Shown piece after piece: positions 39,901-51,527 of a DNA stretch of 64,000 bases. The position numbers were made by a program, and so were the translations under genes. Position 1 is the stretch's first letter; every line of letters begins with the position of its first letter. Below the pieces are notes generated by a model. It had not been told where the DNA came from. It saw only the letters and a program-made list of their open reading frames with translations, and made no database searches. The DNA comes from Dendrobates tinctorius (lineage: Eukaryota): positions 92,070,001 to 92,134,000 of the forward strand of contig NW_027361738.1 in assembly GCF_039654945.1 (NCBI RefSeq). The letters run 5' to 3'.

Positions 39901-40306
39901 TCCAGTTAATGACAGGGTTATGGCATTATAACCAGGGCATGCCCAACACCAATCCTGCTGGTAGATTGTCCAGAACCAAACAACATAATTTTTCCACCTG
40001 GGTAGCGCCCACTTTGAGTGAAAACAAGTCAGACATAAAGAGAATTCCCTCTTTAGTGAGGGGGGAGGAGTCAATGGCCACCACTTTGATCGGAACCTTA
40101 AGTCTAACTGTCCCTATCTTACAGTGTGTGACCAATTGGGAGTCAATGAGATTGATGGATGATCCACAGTCCACGAAAGCTGTAGAGGGAGAACAACAAT
40201 CGTCCACTGACAGTTCCACATGAAGCAACACCTTAGAAAACGAGGAAAAGGGTACCTGAGGGTCTGAGTAGTCTCCCCGCTGACTACCCAGACCTAGTCG
40301 TTTCCC
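36984..40306 (-). pseudogene. Gypsy pol (protease, RT, RNase H, integrase, chromodomain), several frameshifts
   Basis: AFVDCGS (PR); MPFGLTNAPA and YLDDILIY (RT); VEVDASEVG and RELLAV (RH); SMDFV, VSDRG, GQTERTN, GPY (IN); YLVHWKGYGSEDSSWVP (chromodomain). Confidence 0.93.
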
Positions 40307-40762
40307 GTCGACCGGGTTGAGGATGGACAATCAGGACACTCCCTTTTCCAATGTCCCGTTTTACCACAGTAGAAGCATAACTGCTTTTCTCTCCGGCGTT
40401 GTCTCTCCTTTTCCTTCAGGGAGAGAGCCCCTACGTCCATGGGTACAGAAACAGTCTCTTTTCCACTAGGGAACAATGGAGTCTCCGCCTGCATCACCCC
40501 CCTGGCCCGCAGCCTGCGGTCCATCCGGACGGCCTGGGTCATGGCGTCCTCGAGAGAGTTAGGTGGGGGATGTAATGCCAAGGCATCCTGTAACCGCTCG
40601 GACAAGCCTCTGCGAAAGAGTCCTCGGAGTGCGGCGTCGTCCCAAGAGACCTCTGCGGCCCAGCGGCGGAATTCTGTGCAAAACCACTCAGCCGAGTGTT
40701 CCCCTGACAGACACTCATCACCATGTCCTCTGCCAATCGCACTCGGTCAGGCTCATCATATA

Positions 40763-42366
40763 CAGTGGGGCAAAAAAGTATTTAGTCAGTCAGCAATAGT
40801 GCAAGTTCCACCACTTAAAAAGATGAGAGGCGTCTGTAATTTACATCATAGGTAGACCTTAACTATGGGAGACAAACTGAGAAAAAAAATCCAGAAAATC
40901 ACATTGTCTGTTTTTTTTCCTATTATTTGCATATTATGGTGGAAAATAAGTATTTGGTCAGAAACAAAATTTCATCTCAATACTTTGTGATATATCCTTT
41001 GTTGGCAATGACAGAGGTCAAACGTTTTCTGTAAGTCTTCACAAGGTTGCCACACACTGTTGTTGGTATGTTGGCCCATTCCTCCATGCAGATCTCCTCT
41101 AGAGCAGTGATGTTTTTGGCTTTTCGCTTGGCAACACGGACTTTCAACTCCCTCCAAAGGTTTTCTATAGGGTTGAGATCTGGAGACTGGCTAGGCCACT
41201 CCAGGACCTTGAAATGCTTCTTACGAAGCCACTCCTTCGTTGCCCTGGCGGTGTGCTTTGGATCATTGTCATGTTGAAAGACCCAGCCACGTTTCATCAT
41301 CAATGCCCTTGCTGATGGAAGGAGGTTTGCACTCAAAATCTCACGATACATGGCCCCATTCATTCTTTTATGTACCCGGATCAGTCGTCCTGGCCCCTTT
41401 GCAGAGAAACAGCCCCAAAGCATGATATTTCCACCACCATGCTTTACAGTAGGTATGGTGTTTGATGGATGCAACTCAGTATTCTTTTTCCTCCAAACAC
41501 GACAAGTTGTGTTTCTACCAAACAGTTCCAGTTTGGTTTCATCAGACCATAGGACATTCTCCCAAAACTCCTCTGGATCATCCAAATGCTCTCTAGCAAA
41601 CTTCAGACGGGCCCGGACATGTACAGGCTTAAGCAGTGGGACACGTCTGGCACTGCAGGATCTGAGTCCATGGTGGCGTAGTGTGTTACTTATGGTAGGC
41701 CTTGTTACATTGGTCCCAGCTCTCTGCAGTTCATTCACTAGGTCCCCCCGCGTGGTTCTGGGATTTTTGCTCACCGTTCTTGTGATCATTCTGACCCCAC
41801 GGGGTGGGATTTTGCATGGAGCACCAGATCGAGGGAGATTATCAGTGGTCTTGTATGTCTTCCATTTTCTAATTATTGCTCCCACAGTTGATTTCTTCAC
41901 TCCAAGCTGGTTGGCTATTGCAGATTCAGTCTTCCCAGCCTGGTGCAGGGCTACAATTTTGTTTCTGGTGTCCTTTGACAGCTCTTTGGTCTTCACCATA
42001 GTGGAGTTTGGAGTCAGACTGTTTGAGGGAGTGCACAGGTGTCTTTTTATACTGATAACAAGTTTAAACAGGTGCCATTACTACAGGTAATGAGTGAAGG
42101 AAAGAGGAGACTCTTAAAGAAGAAGTTACAGGTCTGTGAGAGCCAGAAATCTTGATTGCTTGTTTCTGACCAAATACTTATTTTCCACCATAATATGCAA
42201 ATAAAAGGAAAAAAAAACAGACAATGTGATTTTCTGGATTTTTTTTTCTCAGTTTGTCTCCCATAGTTGAGGTCTACCTATGATGTAAATTACAGACACC
42301 TCTCATCTTTTTAAGTGGTGGAACTTGCACTATTGCTGACTGACTAAATACTTTTTTGCCCCACTG
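40763..42366 (-). mobile_element. Tc1/mariner DNA transposon (IR/DR-type TIRs), apparently intact
   Basis: TA TSD; ~205-bp TIRs beginning CAGTGGGGCAAAAAAGTATTTAGTCAG with inner repeat GGAAAATAAGTATTTGGTCAG; 1604 bp. Confidence 0.97.
40977..41999 (-). CDS. Tc1 transposase, 340 aa, DD34E
   Basis: HTH N-terminus, [26 protein letters not shown] with 34 residues between D and E; uninterrupted ORF. Confidence 0.96.
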   Translation of the reverse strand: MVKTKELSKDTRNKIVALHQAGKTESAIANQLGVKKSTVGAIIRKWKTYKTTDNLPRSGAPCKIPPRGVRMITRTVSKNPRTTRGDLVNELQRAGTNVTRPTISNTLRHHGLRSCSARRVPLLKPVHVRARLKFAREHLDDPEEFWENVLWSDETKLELFGRNTTCRVWRKKNTELHPSNTIPTVKHGGGNIMLWGCFSAKGPGRLIRVHKRMNGAMYREILSANLLPSARALMMKRGWVFQHDNDPKHTARATKEWLRKKHFKVLEWPSQSPDLNPIENLWRELKVRVAKRKAKNITALEEICMEEWANIPTTVCGNLVKTYRKRLTSVIANKGYITKY

Positions 42367-42838
42367 TATGTGCCCAAGGGCCTCAAAAAATGCATTCACA
42401 GACACTCTTTCAGGGGCAGTGGGAGGAAGGGAGAAAGCCCAAGCTTGTGGGGACCCTCTTAACAGAGACACAATGACTCCAACCTTCTGACTTTCGTCCC
42501 CAGAGGAACGTGGCCTCAAACTAAAGAAGAGTTTGCACCCCTCCATGAAGACCCTGAACTCCTTTTTGTTCCCAGAAAAAAAATCAGGCAGTTTAGCAGG
42601 TGGTTCTGGGGACACCAAAACAACATCACTCGCCCCAGCCCCCAGAGACCCAGCAGCTAGAGCTCCCCGCACTGTCTCAGAAACCTGCTGCTGAGAATGA
42701 GCCAGAGCTTGCTGCTCCAGAGATAAACCTGGAAACATCTGACTCAGATTTTTCATTTGCTCAGCAAGAGATTGTATGGGATCCATATTTCTCAGCAGAG
42801 AAAAAAAAACCCACCAAAAACTTACTGGTCAGTTATAA

Positions 42839-43545
42839 TGTCAGGAGCACCGCACTGTACTTGCTCACTGAGCCAGTGCGCGTGTCCTGAGTGTCAGGAT
42901 CCTGTCAACGCCGGCGTGCAGCCTCTGCTGAGCAGGGACTCACCCGCACTGTAGGGGGGCCCGGGGGCAGGTACAGCCGGAAAGTACCGATGCACAGGAC
43001 CTGTGGATGCTGAAGTTTAGCAAGCAGACACCGGACCTACGGTCATGTGACTGCAAGGGGGCGGGGCTTAGCATCCTGCTTAGTGAGATGGAAAGACACT
43101 ATACAGAATTACTCAGAGTCAGGCAAAACGGGGTTCATACACAGAGATAGCAGTAACGTACCAAGGATGAGACAGAGCGGATAGTCAGGGCCAAGCAGCA
43201 GTCAAAACCAAACAGACATAGAAGGAACCAAGCAGAATCCAAAGCAATATCCAGAGAACAGACCGAGTCATACACAGATTATCAAGCAACCAGAACACAG
43301 CAAAAACACACTCAGGGGTCACCACACTATGCCAAGGGCAAGAGTATAACTGATGGGGATGGGAACATCCTGAGGCTATAAGAAGCCTCTCCCAGAACCA
43401 GAGAGAGGCCACAATCATAGCCCCAGGTGTGCAGGTAAGCCTGCACTGGGATCACAACCTTTAACCCCAGAAATGCCAGTCATCAGCACTGGTTCCAGAC
43501 ATTAACCCCACGTGTGCGAGTCAAACCCGCACTGAGATCATGACA
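42839..43545 (-). repeat. 5' LTR (707 bp)
   Basis: Direct repeat of 36267-36972 with roughly 30 differences by eye. Confidence 0.95.
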
Positions 43546-43933
43546 ATATTGTTACAAATATATGAAAGAATAAAACACTTCTGTTTTCTGTATATACCGT
43601 ATACAAAAAACATATTAAAATGCTGCAGCGTACTAGGCAAAATGATGTACAATCATTATCTCATTCATTAAAAAAATTCTCATACATAAAATGATAATAT
43701 ATTATTATTATTATTATTATTATTTATTGTTATAGCGCCATTTATTCCATGGCGCTTTACATGTGAGGGGGGTATACATAAAAACAAGTACAATAATCTT
43801 AAACAATACAAGTCATAACTGGTACAGGAGGAGAGAGGACCCTGCCCGCGAGGGCTCACAATCTTCAAGGGATGGGTGATAATACAGTAGGCGAGGGTAG
43901 AGCTGGTCGTGCAGCGGTTTGGTCGATCGGTGG

Positions 43934-46900
43934 TTACTGCAGGTTATAGGCTTGTCGGAAGAGGTGGGTCTTCAGGCTCTTTTTGAAGGTTTCGATGGTA
44001 GGTGAGAGTCTGATATGTTGTGGTAGAGAGTTCCAGAGTAGGGGTGATGCGCGAGAGAAATCTTGTATGCGATTGTGGGAAGAGGAGATAAGAGGGGAGT
44101 AGAGAAGGAGATCTTGTGAGGATCGGAGGTTGCATGCAGGAAAGTACCGGGAGACGAGGTCACAGATGTATGGAGGAGACAAGTTGTGGATGGCTTTGTA
44201 TGTCATGGTTAGGGTTTTGTAATGGAGTCTCTGGGCAATTGGGAGCCAGTGAAGGGATTGACAGAGGGGAGAAGCTGGGGAATAGCGGGGGGACAGGTGG
44301 ATTAGTCGGGCAGCAGAGTTTAGAATAGATTGGAGGGGTGCGAGAGTGTTTGAGGGGAGGCCGCAGAGCATGAGGTTGCAGTAGTCAAGGCGAGAGATGA
44401 TGAGGGCATGGACTAGGGTTTTTGCAGATTCTTGGGTGAGGAATGAACGGATGCGTGAAATATTTTTGAGTTGAAGTCGGCAGGAAGTGGAAAGGGTTTG
44501 AATATGTGGTTTGAAGGAGAGATCAGCATCAAGGATTACTCCGAGGCAGCGAGCTTGTGGGACTGGGGAGAGTGGGCAGTCATTTACTGTAATTGATAGG
44601 TTCGTAGGGGGGGTCACGTGAGATGGGGGAAAGATGATGAATTCTGTTTTGTCCATGTTGAGTTTCAGATATCTAGTGGAGAAGAAGGATGAAATAGTGG
44701 ACAGACATTGAGGGATTCTGGTTAGTAGGGAGGTGATATCTGGTCCAGAGATGTAGATCTGTGTGTCATCAGCATAAAGATGATACTGAAAGCCATGAGA
44801 TTCTATGAGCTGTCCCAGGCCAAAGGTGTAAATAGAGAACAGCAGGGGCCCTAGGACTGAACCTTGTGGGACTCCGACAGATAGGGGGCGAGGTGAGGAG
44901 GTGGTGTGTGAGTGGGAGACGCTGAATGTCCGGTCTGTTAGGTATGATGAGATCCAGGAGAGGGCTAAGTCTGTGATGCCGAGGGATGAGAGGGTCTGTA
45001 ATAATAGGGAATGGTCCACTGTGTCAAAGGCAGCCGACAGGTCCAGGAGGAGGAGGACAGAGTAGTGTCGCTTGCTCTTGGCAGTTAAGAGGTCATTGGT
45101 GACCTTAGTAAGGGCAGTTTCAGTGGAGTGGTGTGACCGGAAGCCAGATTGTAAGCGGTCGAAGAGGGAGCAAGAAGAGAGATGGGAGGACAGTTCAAGG
45201 TAGACGTGTTGTTCCAGTAGCTTGGAGGCGTATGGGAGAAGTGATATAGGGCGATAGCTAGATACAGAGGATGGGTCAAGAGAGGGCTTTTTGAGGATAG
45301 GTGTGATGGAGGCATGTTTAAAGCTTGAGGGGAAAACACCAGTTGTTAGTGATAGGTTGAAGAGATGGGTTAGGGTTGGGATGAAGACTGTGGTGAGGTT
45401 TGGGATGAAGTGGGATGGGATCGGGTCGAGTGCACAGGTGGTGAGATGTGATCTTGAGAGTAGAGTGGAGAGTCGATCTTCTGTAATGGTGGAGAAGTTG
45501 GTTTTGAAGGTGGAGGGCTGGGAAGTCGGGAGGAAGGGCTCTGGGGGTTGTTGACCAAAACTGTCCCTGATGTTATCAATTTTCTGCTTGAAAAATGAGG
45601 CAAAGTCTTCAGCTGAGATGAGTGGGGAGGGAGGAGGTGCTGGGGGGCGGAGGAGAGAATTGAAGGTGTTGAATAACTGTTTAGGGTTGTGAGACAGGGA
45701 GGATATGAGAGATGAGAAGTAGGTTTGTTTAGCTGTGGCGAGTGTGGTCTTGAAAGTAGTGAGGGACTGTTTGAATGCGATGAAATGCTCGTTGGAGTGG
45801 GATCTTTTCCATCTGCGCTCAGCAGCCCTGGAAGCTCGCCTCAGCTCTTTGGTCAGGCTGGTGTGCCAGGGCTGTCTGTTGATTTTGCGAGTTTTGGTAT
45901 GTGTAAGTGGGGCAGCGGATTCCAAAGCTACAGCTATTGTGGTGTTATATAGAGCGGCAGCGTCATCCGCATTGTGTAAGGAACTTATATCTGTAAGAGG
46001 GAGGAGGGATTCGGAGAATGAGTGTAGGTCAAGGTGTTTAAGATTCCTGCGAGGGTGTGAAAGTTTGTGGGGTGGGGATTGTAGACATGGAGTGAAGAGG
46101 GAGGAGAATGTGAGCAGGTTGTGGTCAGAGAGAGGAAGAGGTGAGTTAGAGAGGTTAGATAGGGAGCAGAGGCGGGTGAAGATGAGGTCCAGTGTGTGGC
46201 CATCTTTGTGGGTGGCTGTAGAAGACCATTGAGTGAGGCCGAAGGAGGAAGTGAGAGATAGAAGTTTAGTGGCAGCTGAGAGGGAAGTGTCAATGGGGAT
46301 GTTGAAGTCGCCCATGATGATAGTAGGGATGTCCGCGGAAAGGAAATGAAGTAACCAGGTGGTGAAGTGGTCAAAGAAGGTGGTGGCTGGCCCTGGGGGG
46401 CGGTAGATGACAGCCAGTTGGAGGTTGGAGGGGGAGTAGATGCGCACAGAGTGCACCTCAAAGGAAGGGAGGGTAACAGAGGGTGGCAGTGGGATTGGGG
46501 TGAAGGAGCAGGTATCTGACAGGAGAAAACCAACTCCTCCACCATGTTTGCTGCTGGGGCGGGGGGTGTGAGAAAGGTGGAAGCCGCCATACGAAAGTGC
46601 AGCAGGAGAGGCTGTGTCAGAAGGGGTGAGCCAGGTTTCGGTGATGGCGAGGAAGGAGAGTTTGGTAGTTACAAAAAGATCATGGATGTAGGAAAGCTTG
46701 TTGCAGACAGAGCGAGCGTTCCACAGAGCTCCTGTTAGTGGGACTGGGGAAGCGGGGGCTGGGTGAATGGGTATAAGGTTGGAGAGGTTACGGAAGGTTG
46801 TGATAGAGCGTGGATGGGAGGTAGAAATGACTGTGGGAATGTGGTGAGGAGGACCAGGATTTGGAGAGATATCACCAGCAGTGAGAAGGAGCAGAGAAAG

Positions 46901-47110
46901 TGTTAGCAGGTGGGAGCAGGAGAGGGCATGAGGGGGCTGTCTGTGTTTGGAGACAGAGGATTGTATGTTAAGGAACAGTTTTGAGGCGGAGGTGAGGTGG
47001 ATGGGGAGGATTGAAGAAGAGATGAACAGTTCCTTACTAGGAGTAGGGATTAGGGGAATTAGCAGAAAGTGAAGGATTATTGGGGTGAAAGTGAAAACAA
47101 ACAGAAACAT
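43934..47110 (-). CDS. L2 endonuclease/reverse transcriptase, 1058 aa, intact
   Basis: WNARS, AITETW, IYRPPG, MGDFN, TLDLIF, LSDH; [28 protein letters not shown]-terminal GDISPNPGP. Confidence 0.95.
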   Translation of the reverse strand: MFLFVFTFTPIILHFLLIPLIPTPSKELFISSSILPIHLTSASKLFLNIQSSVSKHRQPPHALSCSHLLTLSLLLLTAGDISPNPGPPHHIPTVISTSHPRSITTFRNLSNLIPIHPAPASPVPLTGALWNARSVCNKLSYIHDLFVTTKLSFLAITETWLTPSDTASPAALSYGGFHLSHTPRPSSKHGGGVGFLLSDTCSFTPIPLPPSVTLPSFEVHSVRIYSPSNLQLAVIYRPPGPATTFFDHFTTWLLHFLSADIPTIIMGDFNIPIDTSLSAATKLLSLTSSFGLTQWSSTATHKDGHTLDLIFTRLCSLSNLSNSPLPLSDHNLLTFSSLFTPCLQSPPHKLSHPRRNLKHLDLHSFSESLLPLTDISSLHNADDAAALYNTTIAVALESAAPLTHTKTRKINRQPWHTSLTKELRRASRAAERRWKRSHSNEHFIAFKQSLTTFKTTLATAKQTYFSSLISSLSHNPKQLFNTFNSLLRPPAPPPSPLISAEDFASFFKQKIDNIRDSFGQQPPEPFLPTSQPSTFKTNFSTITEDRLSTLLSRSHLTTCALDPIPSHFIPNLTTVFIPTLTHLFNLSLTTGVFPSSFKHASITPILKKPSLDPSSVSSYRPISLLPYASKLLEQHVYLELSSHLSSCSLFDRLQSGFRSHHSTETALTKVTNDLLTAKSKRHYSVLLLLDLSAAFDTVDHSLLLQTLSSLGITDLALSWISSYLTDRTFSVSHSHTTSSPRPLSVGVPQGSVLGPLLFSIYTFGLGQLIESHGFQYHLYADDTQIYISGPDITSLLTRIPQCLSTISSFFSTRYLKLNMDKTEFIIFPPSHVTPPTNLSITVNDCPLSPVPQARCLGVILDADLSFKPHIQTLSTSCRLQLKNISRIRSFLTQESAKTLVHALIISRLDYCNLMLCGLPSNTLAPLQSILNSAARLIHLSPRYSPASPLCQSLHWLPIAQRLHYKTLTMTYKAIHNLSPPYICDLVSRYFPACNLRSSQDLLLYSPLISSSHNRIQDFSRASPLLWNSLPQHIRLSPTIETFKKSLKTHLFRQAYNLQ

Positions 47111-47410
47111 TGTTTACAGTGACTGTGTCCAGTTACCTTCAGTTCCCTTCTGGTTCAATTCTGGTTTTAATTCTTAAATTAATCTTCACACTTCTAGCAC
47201 ACACTTATAGCAATCACAATGCAGACTGAAGTCTATGCAGACTTGTACTCTGCAATATATGTACAACTAAGTGCAGTCAGGTGTGAAGCAGAGAGGAGTG
47301 GTCTCTGCTCATCTTGGCCAGACAATTAAGAGTGGACCAGATGTATATGATCAAGCCAGAGTAAACAAGGTCATAAATAACACTGGGGTAAGCTGGGGTT
47401 AGCTGAAAGG

Positions 47411-48637
47411 CATACCATGTGAATGCTAGGTGCAGAGGCAAGTCTATGTGCAAAGCTGGGTGACGCACTGTGTGTCCTTCATAGACAGACAGCAGGAGAG
47501 CAGGAGAGCTGGGTGGATGGACATACCATGTGAATGCTAGGTGCAGAGGCAAGTCTATGTGCAAAGCTGGGTGACGCACTGTGTGTCCTTCATAGACAGA
47601 CAGCAGGAGAGCAGGAGAGCTGGGTGGATGGACATACCATGTGAATGCTAGGTGCAGAGGCAAGTCTATGTGCAAAGCTGGGTGACGCACTGTGTGTCCT
47701 TCATAGACAGACAGCAGGAGAGCAGGAGAGCTGGGTGGATGGACATACCATGTGAATGCTAGGTGCAGAGGCAAGTCTATGTGCAAAGCTGGGTGACGCA
47801 CTGTGTGTCCTTCATAGACAGACAGCAGGAGAGCAGGAGAGCTGGGTGGATGGACATACCATGTGAATGCTAGGTGCAGAGGCAAGTCTATGTGCAAAGC
47901 TGGGTGACGCACTGTGTGTCCTTCATAGACAGACAGCAGGAGAGCAGGAGAGCTGGGTGGATGGACATACCATGTGAATGCTAGGTGCAGAGGCAAGTCT
48001 ATGTGCAAAGCTGGGTGACGCACTGTGTGTCCTTCATAGACAGACAGCAGGAGAGCAGGAGAGCTGGGTGGATGGACATACCATGTGAATGCTAGGTGCA
48101 GAGGCAAGTCTATGTGCAAAGCTGGGTGACGCACTGTGTGTCCTTCATAGACAGACAGCAGGAGAGCAGGAGAGCTGGGTGGATGGACATACCATGTGAA
48201 TGCTAGGTGCAGAGGCAAGTCTATGTGCAAAGCTGGGTGACGCACTGTGTGTCCTTCATAGACAGACAGCAGGAGAGCAGGAGAGCTGGGTGGATGGACA
48301 TACCATGTGAATGCTAGGTGCAGAGGCAAGTCTATGTGCAAAGCTGGGTGACGCACTGTGTGTCCTTCATAGACAGACAGCAGGAGAGCAGGAGAGCTGG
48401 GTGGATGGACATACCATGTGAATGCTAGGTGCAGAGGCAAGTCTATGTGCAAAGCTGGGTGACGCACTGTGTGTCCTTCATAGACAGACAGCAGGAGAGC
48501 AGGAGAGCTGGGTGGATGGACATACCATGTGAATGCTAGGTGCAGAGGCAAGTCTATGTGCAAAGCTGGGTGACGCACTGTGTGTCCTTCATAGACAGAC
48601 AGCAGGAGAGCAGGAGAGCTGGGTGGATGGACATACC
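47411..48637 (-). repeat. 11 apparently identical 111-bp tandem units in the L2 5' region
   Basis: ORF track shows the same 37-aa unit exactly 11 times; nucleotide period is 111. Confidence 0.96.
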
Positions 48638-49489
48638 TGTCGGAAGAATAGAGATGCTTGTTAGAGTGCGATGGTGGCAGGTAGCAGGGCACAGTCTGTA
48701 TACATCCTTCTGGTTTTAATTCTTAAATTAATCTTCACACTTCTAGCACACACTTATAGCAATCACAATGCAGACTGAAGTATATTAATAAGTAAATGTT
48801 AAAAAAAGGGAACCGTCATGGGTTATAACACTGCCCCAGTGATAAGAACAGTGCTTGTTATAGACTCTATGAAATCTATATGGAGTAGGAATGTGTACAA
48901 TTACAACCTTAGAACTGAAATACAGCAAAGAAACTGAAGTAATTTATGATTGTGGAAAACTGAGTACATCTTGGTTCATCTGCTGCCTGTTGTGGCAGTT
49001 GTAAAATGAGATATGGTTCCTTGGAAACTTTGACTACATTATGTAGTAATGGTTATATTAAACAAATAATAATTCAGAGAAGTGTAAGTTGAAGCTCACA
49101 GGACTCGATCTAAAATTGATAACAATGGCCACAAATTATAGTGCTCCATTTTTAATATTGGTATTTTCTTATGTCTTTTGAGATACCTAGTTGCTACCGC
49201 TGTACTCTTTACAGCTAAATTCTTGATAGCAAGTAAAAATTGAACCAATATATTGAGGTTTTTTAAAACTTCATCATGATCCTTACTCTAAGGGATTACT
49301 TATCATTTTATTTCAAACCATATATTTATATGTTTTAGTTTATTAGGATACAATTAGAACTACTTCGGAAAATAAAAATATTTCGAAAACATCAATTTTC
49401 CTCCTAGATCTTAACTATAATAGTGAAAGTCACACATACATTTGTGTTTGCTTTTATTTTGGTATGTCATTATGATTTTGAGCCTTAAA

Positions 49490-50705
49490 AGGATATTCCC
49501 ATCTCCAAAATTCTATTTCAATATGTAGTAGGTGTAATCTAATATATAATTACCTTGTAATGTGTTAATTTCCTGTTAGAATCATAGAATCGTAGAGTTG
49601 GAAGGGACCTCCTGAGCCATCTGGTCCAACCCCCTGCTCAAAGCAGATGTGTCCGGATCCCAGAATTCCAAGTGGCAGAAGTTCACCGACTGCCATATTG
49701 TGACACCCAAGTGATGGGTGTCTCAATATGGAAACTGCTGGTGGTACCAGCCTCTTATGCGGTGCCACCAGCAGAACACCGTCGCACCACACACACACAA
49801 ACACACACTGTATATGCCGTACTCGGAACACCATTGCGAACACGCCACCGCCGGGATCAGCCGAGTTATTCACTGACCGGCGCCATCTTTGTATAGGAGG
49901 AGCGCATGCGCAGTTTTAATGTGACCGCCGCTATCTGTCTGCACAAAGATGGTGGCGGTCTGATTTACTATGCCAGCGCGAATTCCGCGCAGGTGCAGTG
50001 AATCATTCGGCTGATCCTGGTGGCAGATACGCAATGTGTCTACAGGCAGAGGAAGCCGGTCACAATAAAGGGGTTTTCCCACGAACGAAAGTTAATTTTA
50101 AAAATTGTCTGTGTCTGACCGTGTACAGAGCATACCACATCTCCTGGGCAGGGGAGGAAGCAAAAGACCATGCTGACATTACAGCAGGGGATCACAGAGG
50201 ATTCATTTTGTGAGATAAAATATTTCACTGACTGTTTTTAAACAATATTTTACCTCACAAAATGTATCCTCTGCGATCTCCTGCTGTAATGTCAGTACTG
50301 TCTTTTGCTTCCTCCCCTGCCCAGGAGCTGTGGTATGCTTTGTACACGGTCAGACGCTGGGGTGAGACAGCTCAAATGGGACAGCACATGAGGGAAGAAA
50401 ACAGCACAGGAAGGAGAGAGACAGCAGACAAGGGGGATAGCGTATGGGGTAGACAGGTCAAAGAAGAGAGCACAGACAGGAGAAGTCAGCACATGGGGAA
50501 AGAGAGAGTGGATAGGAGGGTGAGCACATGGGGGGGAGAGATTCTCAACGCTGCAAAGCCTTCCCCCATCGTGACATTACCACCCTCCCGATGCCATAGC
50601 ATCCGGCCTCCATCTAGTAATAATAATATTAGCAAATACCTATATTCAGAAGTACACCTACTATATATTGGGATAGGATCATGGAGATGGGAATACCCCG
50701 TGAAG
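49490..50705. mobile_element. TTAA-type MITE with nested fragments
   Basis: TTAA|AAGGATATTCCCATCTCCA ... TGGAGATGGGAATACCCC termini; internal palindromes at about 49845-50020 and 50110-50355. Confidence 0.55.
49576..49650 (-). mobile_element. CR1 LINE 3'-end fragment
   Basis: - strand GGTTGGACCAGATGG...GGTCCCTTCCAACTCTACGATTCTATGATTCT, typical of a CR1 terminus with 8-bp tail repeat. Confidence 0.7.
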
Positions 50706-51169
50706 GCTTATATTTCGCGTAGGTGTGCAGTTGCTCAGAAGTAATGTGGCTAAACCACCTTTTCAAGTAATAGGACTGAGAAAATTTGTGATATGGAATC
50801 TGGATATACTTTCCTTCAGTTCAGGAAACCCAATAAATAGATGCCTTTGAGTTGGAGTTACTGGATGGTGGTAGACATGTCTTTTTTATTGTTTTTTGCC
50901 ACAAAATTTTAATTTTAGATTCTCATAAGATATATGCTCACATTACTAGTGCGTGCATCTTGCAAGGAAATGGTAGCATTCTGTGGTCAACTTGAAGAGA
51001 TGTGAGTCTTTTTACAAAACTTAGTGTACCTTAAACCATGTAAGGTTTTTTGGTGACGAAAAGCAAAACTAAGCTAGACTTGCTGTTAGTATTCTTCTTC
51101 CTCTCAAGCCTACCACATCAACTACTCAGCAAGCTAACTTTGCCCTGTTCCCTCCTTCCAAATATTATT

Positions 51170-51527
51170 CTGAATCTGCACCCTACTATTCATCTGTCTC
51201 CACACCCTTCATGCACATGATAACTGCATTTGATACTTGTCTATTGCACTTAAACACACGGGCTGATGACCGGATCATGCAGCTTTATATGAAAATCCCT
51301 ATTATAATTGCCAGACCTGAAATAACAAGCACTTTTCACCTACTGTGTCCCCCCATTTCCTTGTAGATTGTAAGCTTGCGAGCAGGGACCTCACTCCTAA
51401 TGTCACTGTTTGAATTGTCTTAACTTGTATTGAATTTATTGTCTGTACATGTCCCCGCTTAATTGTAAAGTGCTCCGGAATATGTTGGCGCTATATAAAT
51501 AAAAATTATTATTATTATTATTATTAT
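51170..51527 (+). mobile_element. L2 3'-UTR fragment
   Basis: GATTGTAAGCTTGCGAGCAGGG ... GTAAAGTGCTCCGGAATATGTTGGCGCTATATAAATAAA(ATT)n, related to the family A 3' end. Confidence 0.8.

Larger units (their letters stand above)
40294..42786 (-). pseudogene. Gypsy gag, split by Tc1 insertion
   Basis: MDPIQSLAEQ...KLPDFFSG...ALGHI | YDEPDRVRLAED...LQDAL...VPMDVG...CFYCGKTGHWKREC. Removing Tc1 plus one TA restores the frame at the insertion. Confidence 0.88.
36267..43545 (-). mobile_element. Ty3/Gypsy chromovirus (Tf1/sushi group) LTR retrotransposon, frameshifted, interrupted by Tc1
   Basis: TG...CA LTRs, ATATT TSD (36262-36266 and 43546-43550), PPT GAGAGGGGGGTAC, domain order gag-PR-RT-RH-IN-chromo. 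Confidence 0.96.
43705..48780 (-). mobile_element. L2-clade LINE, family B, apparently full length
   Basis: (TAA)n tail, 3' stem-loop, intact ORF, 5' region with an 11x111-bp array bracketed by a 73-bp direct repeat. Possible TATATTA TSD (43698-43704 and 48781-48787). Confidence 0.9.

Noticed and set aside
47277-48692. 471-aa repetitive ORF as an L2 ORF1 or novel repeat protein
   Set aside because: The open frame follows from a 111-bp (3x37) unit lacking a stop. It has a non-ATG start and no recognisable ORF1 domain.
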